A DNA stretch of 20,000 nucleotides. It comes from an uncultured virus (IMG/VR IMGVR_UViG_3300033068_001577) (Duplodnaviria > Heunggongvirae > Uroviricota > Caudoviricetes). The DNA lies in the IMG/VR virus record IMGVR_UViG_3300033068_001577. One strand, written 5' to 3'. A model generated the notes under the pieces. The model searched no databases, had not been told where the DNA came from, and was given only the letters and a program-made list of their open reading frames with translations. The translations under genes were made by a program, and so were the position numbers. Positions 15,378-20,000 of the stretch are shown piece by piece (position 1 is the stretch's first letter; each line of letters starts with the position of its first letter).

Positions 15378-15710
15378 ATGAGCTACGAATACCACCCGCG
15401 CGGCATGCCGCGCCGCTTCATGGAGGGCGCGCCCGAAATCGTTCGGCGCTCCGTTGTCGACATCATCCGTATCGACCCGCCAGCGCCGCTGGATTTCGAC
15501 ATTGTGTTTCGCGACGTGGAAGGGTCCGGCCTTCACGCTGAAATGGCCGGGCTGGATTTCGACACGCGCGGCGCTCGGGGCTGCCATTTCTTCCTGCATC
15601 CCTACCAGATGCGCGACTATCGCGAACGCAACCGGCGCAAGCGCGTGGCCTGGAACGATCTGCCCGAAGCGACCCGCACGGCCATCGTGGCCTATCTCGA
15701 GGAGGAATGA
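15378..15710 (+). CDS. hypothetical protein (110 aa)
   Basis: GAGGAC RBS; GC3-rich frame. Confidence 0.8.
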   Translation: MSYEYHPRGMPRRFMEGAPEIVRRSVVDIIRIDPPAPLDFDIVFRDVEGSGLHAEMAGLDFDTRGARGCHFFLHPYQMRDYRERNRRKRVAWNDLPEATRTAIVAYLEEE

Positions 15711-16190
15711 ATGCGAGCCCTGACCGAACGCCGTAAGGCTGACCGCGAAGAAATGGCGCGCCGTGTCATCGAATGCGCCTTGGCGCACGGCGCCAGCGCC
15801 GAAATCAACCCCGACCACTTGGGTGCCCGCGCCGTGTGGGTCACGATCCGCGCGCCGCGGGGCCTATGCCTTACTCTTGATTTCGACGGCGACAGCTCTC
15901 AGCCCGATATGCACGTCATGAGCTGGCACATGGCAACCGACGTCGATACGTGCCTGTCCGACGCATTCACTGCAGTCGGCGACATCAACAACTATCATTA
16001 CCGCAAGGCAACGACCGTCGCCTATGGCTTCAACCACCTGCTAAACGCCTTGAGCCGCGGTCTGGCTCTGGCGGCAACCGGTGCGGCCTTCGATGACGCT
16101 CGCGAGGCCGCTGCTATCGCCAGGGCCGGCGAGACCGCTGCCGAGCGTTGCGCCCGCTATGACGCGTGGCGCTCCGCCCCGAAAGACTGA
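15711..16190 (+). CDS. hypothetical protein (159 aa)
   Basis: GAGGAGG RBS within the end of the upstream gene; the ATG directly follows the stop. Confidence 0.8.
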   Translation: MRALTERRKADREEMARRVIECALAHGASAEINPDHLGARAVWVTIRAPRGLCLTLDFDGDSSQPDMHVMSWHMATDVDTCLSDAFTAVGDINNYHYRKATTVAYGFNHLLNALSRGLALAATGAAFDDAREAAAIARAGETAAERCARYDAWRSAPKD

Positions 16191-16271
16191 CACCAACCGG
16201 GCGCGACCTGCAACAGCACGGCCGCGCCCACAGCCCCGCAACCAACCCCGAAACCCAAAGGACACCAAACC

Positions 16272-16526
16272 ATGTCTACGCACCAGAACCCCGTGACCAC
16301 TGACGCCGGCCTGTTGCTTTCGCTCGCCAGCGCCCTGCCCGATCCGCGTTCGGCCCTTGGCCGTGCGGCCGCGCGCCTTGCCGCGCAGCTCGACCGTGCG
16401 CCGGGTCGCCGCGACCTGCACCGCGCAGCTGCCGATCTGACCGCGCGTTTGCTGGACGCAACCGATCCGGCCGATCCGTGGGATCTGACCGACAGCGATA
16501 TTCTCGATCCCGCGTTCGACGATTGA
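16272..16526 (+). CDS. hypothetical protein with an acidic tail (84 aa)
   Basis: AAGGACACCAAACC-ATG leader, matching the one at 13791. Confidence 0.75.
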   Translation: MSTHQNPVTTDAGLLLSLASALPDPRSALGRAAARLAAQLDRAPGRRDLHRAAADLTARLLDATDPADPWDLTDSDILDPAFDD

Positions 16527-16708
16527 AGCCCATCCCCATCATCGACGGCCGCCGGCTTTGGCTGGCGGTCGGCGGCACGCGCCTCGAGCTTGCCGCCTCA
16601 CATCCCGACTGGCGCCGCCGCGCTGCCTTCTGGCGCGTCCGCCGTCCCTCCGGCGCATGGGGCCCGTGGCGACCGACGATCGCCCTGGCCCTCGCCACCA
16701 TACGCTGA
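16523..16708 (+). CDS. possible small Arg/Trp-rich protein (61 aa, TTG start)
   Basis: TTGA overlap with the upstream stop; in frame with track ORF 16478..16708; no clear RBS. Confidence 0.4.
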   Translation: MKPIPIIDGRRLWLAVGGTRLELAASHPDWRRRAAFWRVRRPSGAWGPWRPTIALALATIR

Positions 16709-16869
16709 CTTTGAGCAACGACCTGTGCCGCGCGTCTCTGGACGCGCGGTTTTGTCATTAGCTATCCATACATCGCTCACCGCTTGCCTGAGCACGCGAT
16801 GGGCGCGACGACGAACGACCGTGCTCAGCCGAAACCGCCGCCGCCGTTGGGGTTTCGGCCACGTAGTCG

Positions 16870-16992
16870 AGTGAGTGCACACAACTTACCCTGTGACTCT
16901 TAGGAATTGGATAGGACCTTATCACTCCTTACTACCATGACACCCTTTCTATCCATCCTGTATAAGGAGGTAGTAAGTTGTGTGCACTCACT
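16870..16992. repeat. perfect 20-bp inverted repeat enclosing an 83-bp AT-rich core
   Basis: AGTGAGTGCACACAACTTAC (16870-16889) and GTAAGTTGTGTGCACTCACT (16973-16992). Confidence 0.95.
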
Positions 16993-17018
16993 AGTAAATA
17001 TGCCTTTTCTCTAAGCCC

Positions 17019-17057
17019 CACGGCGACTTATGCTGAGCACGGCGGTAAGTTGCCGTG
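17019..17057. repeat. 12-bp inverted repeat hairpin sharing the GTAAGTTG core
   Basis: CACGGCGACTTA (17019-17030) and TAAGTTGCCGTG (17046-17057), with one G.T wobble. Confidence 0.8.
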
Positions 17058-17186
17058 CCCGCCGACCCCCCAATCCGTGCTCACGGCCCGGCCTCAAACC
17101 ACCCGAACCAGCCCAAAACCCCGGGATTTGCTGTAAGTCCGAAGCGAAGTACGTTTGATGACTCCTTGCTACACGCCGCCGTGATC

Positions 17187-17215
17187 TTGACATTCACCCA
17201 TGTTTCGCGTAAGGC
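17187..17215 (+). promoter_or_regulatory. candidate sigma70-type promoter
   Basis: TTGACA (17187-17192), a 17-bp spacer, TAAGGC, then an AGGAG RBS and the ATG at 17237. Confidence 0.55.
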
Positions 17216-17236
17216 ATGACCGCATAGGAGTTCGAA

Positions 17237-17686
17237 ATGCCGACGCACATCACCCAGAGTACTCTCAAACACTACCTCGCCTACGACCACCGCACGGGCA
17301 TCTTCACCTGGCGTAACCCGCCCAAGGGACGCACCACCAACGATACCCCCGGCACCATCATGTACGACGGCACTCTCCTGATCCGCCTCAACGGCCGCGC
17401 CTACACCGGCGCCAAGTTGGCGTGGCTCTACGTCACGGGTGACTACCCGCAAGAGCCCGTGGTCTTCGACGTGCGCTACGATGACCCCTATGAGCGGCTC
17501 AAGTTCAAGAACCTGCGGCTGCGCTCCGAGATGCTGTCCAACACCCGCTCGGCCGAACGCCAGCGCATCAAGCGCCTTTACAAGAAGCATTTCCAGGAAA
17601 CCGGATCCTGGACGCACCCCAGCCTTCCGCCTCTCGAAGACCTCCGCCTCCGCAAACACCGCGGCGCGCGACATTCCCGCACTTGA
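17237..17686 (+). CDS. HNH-endonuclease-family protein with a degenerate active site (149 aa)
   Basis: ITQSTLKHYLAYDHRTGIFTW...IRLNGRAY...LAWLYVTGDYP...NLRL follows the phage HNH scaffold, but AHRL reads GAKL and IDH.N....N reads VFDVRYDDPYER. Confidence 0.75.
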   Translation: MPTHITQSTLKHYLAYDHRTGIFTWRNPPKGRTTNDTPGTIMYDGTLLIRLNGRAYTGAKLAWLYVTGDYPQEPVVFDVRYDDPYERLKFKNLRLRSEMLSNTRSAERQRIKRLYKKHFQETGSWTHPSLPPLEDLRLRKHRGARHSRT

Positions 17687-17699
17687 AAGGGCCCAGACC

Positions 17700-17975
17700 A
17701 TGTTTTTCCGTAAGAAGCCTGTCGTCATAGAAGCCGTCCAGTTTGGGGGTCCGTTGATCGCTGCGCACGACGCGCCGCTGTGGCTGCTCGACGCGTTCAA
17801 CGAGGGGACGGTTTACTATCAGGGCGGCGACACGCCCTACCTGACAGTCAAGACGCTCGAGGGCGACCACCGCGCCGACAAGGGCGACTGGATCATCCGC
17901 GGCGTCAAGGGCGAGCTTTACCCCTGCAAGCCCGACATCTTCGCAATGACCTACGAGCCTGCGGAGAACCCCTGA
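17700..17975 (+). CDS. conserved phage protein (RKKPVVIEA / TLEG / GDWII / YPCKPDIF family), 91 aa
   Basis: Hallmark motifs of a widespread uncharacterised phage family; AAAGGG RBS; true start at ATG 17700 within track ORF 17439..17975. Confidence 0.9.
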   Translation: MFFRKKPVVIEAVQFGGPLIAAHDAPLWLLDAFNEGTVYYQGGDTPYLTVKTLEGDHRADKGDWIIRGVKGELYPCKPDIFAMTYEPAENP

Positions 17976-17977
17976 CC

Positions 17978-18088
17978 ATGAACGCCTTCCTCACCAAAGC
18001 CTACGCCCACCGCCACGCCGACACCGCCGTGGCCATCGCAGGCACGATCATCGCCCTCGGCCTCGTCGTGCTGCATCTCGCCTCCTGA
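17978..18088 (+). CDS. small membrane peptide (36 aa)
   Basis: MNAFLTKAYAHRHADTAVAIAGTIIALGLVVLHLAS; GGAG RBS; 2 nt after the upstream stop. Confidence 0.6.
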   Translation: MNAFLTKAYAHRHADTAVAIAGTIIALGLVVLHLAS

Positions 18089-18111
18089 CCCGCAACAAGG
18101 ACACCACAGCC

Positions 18112-18387
18112 ATGCCGCCCCGCACCACCAGATCCCAGTCCATCATCCCGCCCGCCGAGTCGCCGACGGCCCCGGCCAACCGGCCCGAGCTCGACCAGGC
18201 CGCCGAGTTCCGCTCGTGGCTCGATCGCAAGCGCCTCGACGCCGAGCGCCAGGTCGCCGACCTCAGCGCCGAGATCGAGCACCTCGAGACCACCATCCGC
18301 GCGCGCATGAACCTGCGCGCCGAATACGCCGACATCCTCGAGCGCTGCACCGCCGCCCTCGGCGCGCCTGCAGCGCCCCAACCCTGA
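18112..18387 (+). CDS. coiled-coil hypothetical protein (91 aa)
   Basis: AAGGACACC leader; heptad pattern VADLSAEIEHLETTI. Confidence 0.8.
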   Translation: MPPRTTRSQSIIPPAESPTAPANRPELDQAAEFRSWLDRKRLDAERQVADLSAEIEHLETTIRARMNLRAEYADILERCTAALGAPAAPQP

Positions 18388-18418
18388 CACCACCCATCCA
18401 GCGCAAGGGAGACCGCGC

Positions 18419-18622
18419 ATGAAGACCAGCAAGCACATTCGTTGCAGCCGCTGCGACGGGCACGGCCAGATCGAAGCCGGCCCGAACTATCCTGACGAGT
18501 GCCCGAACTGCGGCGGCTCCGGCTCGGTTGTCGAATACCCGAGCGGCGCAATCGCAAAGTGGCACGGCGGACCACTGCTAGCCGGTCCGAACAAGTCGCG
18601 CATCTTGGAGCCCACCCCATGA
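18419..18622 (+). CDS. small zinc-finger protein with two CxxCxGxG motifs (67 aa)
   Basis: CSRCDGHG and CPNCGGSG (DnaJ-type Zn finger repeats); GGGAG RBS. Confidence 0.8.
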   Translation: MKTSKHIRCSRCDGHGQIEAGPNYPDECPNCGGSGSVVEYPSGAIAKWHGGPLLAGPNKSRILEPTP

Positions 18623-19119
18623 CCACCCTACGCGATGCAGCAGAGAGTGCGACGGCGGGGGTGCCTGTGGTGTACTGGGCCGTCCATAGCCGCACAGGAG
18701 TTCATATCGGCCTGTGGCCCGACGCTGACGACGCCAGCAAGGTATTTCTTGAGGAATACTCCGACGGCACGCTCACCAAGCTCGTCCCCGCCTCTGAACT
18801 CGACACAGCAAGGGCTGAGATCGAGAGGTTGCGGGGAGAGCGGGATGAGGCACACAAAGCCGCCCGCGCGCTGACCAAGGCGCTTGTGGGGTTGACGCCT
18901 GGAGGCTCCGAATACTTCACCCGCAGCACTGTGCTGGACGACTACTTTGCTGACATTGAGCGGTGTGTGACCGTAGTTCGCGAACGGTTTAACTCCGGGC
19001 ATCAGGCCAAGATCGAGCGACTGGGCGACCGCCGTCGCACTGGCGGCGCTACCCATCCCACGCCATCCGCGCACTTCCCCTCACCACAGGAGTCGACAAG
19101 CCATGACGACCGAGATTGA
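18619..19119 (+). CDS. hypothetical phage protein (166 aa)
   Basis: ATGA overlap at 18619 with an upstream GGAG; short coiled coil AEIERLRGERDEA. Confidence 0.75.
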   Translation: MTTLRDAAESATAGVPVVYWAVHSRTGVHIGLWPDADDASKVFLEEYSDGTLTKLVPASELDTARAEIERLRGERDEAHKAARALTKALVGLTPGGSEYFTRSTVLDDYFADIERCVTVVRERFNSGHQAKIERLGDRRRTGGATHPTPSAHFPSPQESTSHDDRD

Positions 19120-19801
19120 TGCCGAGGGGCTGCGCTACCCGATGGCGAAGCGTTCGGCCTACTGGACCTTCGATGAGAAGTCTGCCGAGACGGTAGGGAA
19201 CCTGTACTATTTCGCACCGCTCGACCGCGCACCGCCGCCGTATCTGACGCAGCGCCACGTCGAGGCGATCATCGACATCGCCGCCGATGGCACGCTGGCT
19301 GGCGTCGAGTTGATCGACAACATGCCGCCGCCCCCGCGCGCCACCACACGCACCAGTGAGGCTGAGCCGGTGGCGTGGATGGCCGTTACTCCAGACGGGG
19401 ACGAGCACACTACGATGATAAAGGCCCTCGCTGACGGCCTCGTGAAATCGGGCTGGACGATAACGCCGCTCTACGCCAAGCCCCACCCCACCCCGGCCAG
19501 CGATGACCAGGTGGAGGCGGTGACGGACGAGATGGTCGAGCGGGCAGCGCTTGCACTGGCGAAACGCAACGATGTGCCGCAGTGGCGAGAGTTCATCCCG
19601 GACGCCCGTGCCGCGCTCCTCGCAGCTATGGGAGTACCAAGCCATGAGCATGACGCCGGAGAGTTGGCCGACGCATATCGCGACCTTGCCGCTCGGCAGA
19701 CCGACACCGAACCAGACATCGCCAAGGTCGTCCGGGACAATCGCAGCAAGCTCTACATGCCGTTGGACGACGCTACCGTGCGCAGCGGGGAGGAAGGGTG
19801 A
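19103..19801 (+). CDS. mosaic hypothetical protein with an N-terminal DUF2283-like segment (232 aa)
   Basis: AGGAG RBS; YWTFDE...NLYYF...IIDIAADGTLAGVELID, then EPVAWM and VTDEMVERAA segments common in phage accessory genes. Confidence 0.7.
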   Translation: MTTEIDAEGLRYPMAKRSAYWTFDEKSAETVGNLYYFAPLDRAPPPYLTQRHVEAIIDIAADGTLAGVELIDNMPPPPRATTRTSEAEPVAWMAVTPDGDEHTTMIKALADGLVKSGWTITPLYAKPHPTPASDDQVEAVTDEMVERAALALAKRNDVPQWREFIPDARAALLAAMGVPSHEHDAGELADAYRDLAARQTDTEPDIAKVVRDNRSKLYMPLDDATVRSGEEG

Positions 19802-20000
19802 TGACCTATTCACTCCTCAGCGAAAAGGCGGTAGCCGCCCGCAAGCCGCATCGGTGCATCTGGTGCGGGGAGCCCATCGCCACCGGTGACAAGTACGTCC
19901 GCGAGCGCTCGGTGTACGACGGCAACATGCAGAACTTCGCCTGGCACCACGAGTGCCGCAGGGATTCGATGGCGCACTTTCGGTACGAAGAAGAGTTTGA
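19801..20000 (+). CDS. zinc-finger protein CxxC...HxxC (partial; runs off the right end)
   Basis: Hand translation MTYSLLSEKAVAARKPHRCIWCGEPIATGDKY...WHHEC; TGATG overlap and GGAGGAAGG RBS. Confidence 0.75.
   Translation, partial: MTYSLLSEKAVAARKPHRCIWCGEPIATGDKYVRERSVYDGNMQNFAWHHECRRDSMAHFRYEEEF

Noticed and set aside
16870..16992. IS element or confirmed retron
   Set aside because: No transposase, clear target-site duplication or reverse transcriptase in the window; kept only as an unexplained inverted-repeat element.
1..20000. tRNA, rRNA, integrase or lysis genes
   Set aside because: None recognised. The two small membrane peptides lack an adjacent endolysin, so a holin call is unsupported.

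Overview
A GC-rich tailed dsDNA phage or prophage segment with two divergent arms; an alphaproteobacterial-type host is an inference only. The minus-strand arm (13330 to 1) is the packaging and head-morphogenesis region. It runs: putative small terminase, a repeat-rich non-coding gap (candidate pac/terminus), a free-standing HNH endonuclease, small genes including a LexA-like DNA-binding-domain-only protein, and a large terminase interrupted just after Walker B by a 321-aa Ala1/WCT (class 3) intein with a LAGLIDADG domain. It continues with a 952-aa portal with a long C-terminal extension, a six-gene translationally coupled block containing a tandem paralog pair, a small ORF, a GroES-like co-chaperonin and a partial scaffold-like gene. 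The plus-strand arm (13532 to 20000) is an early/accessory region of small hypothetical genes with repeated leader motifs and twin intergenic hairpins. It also holds an AT-rich element bounded by a perfect 20-bp inverted repeat (origin or ncRNA candidate) and an HNH-family gene that has lost its catalytic residues. All product calls come from motif recognition by eye, not from database searches.
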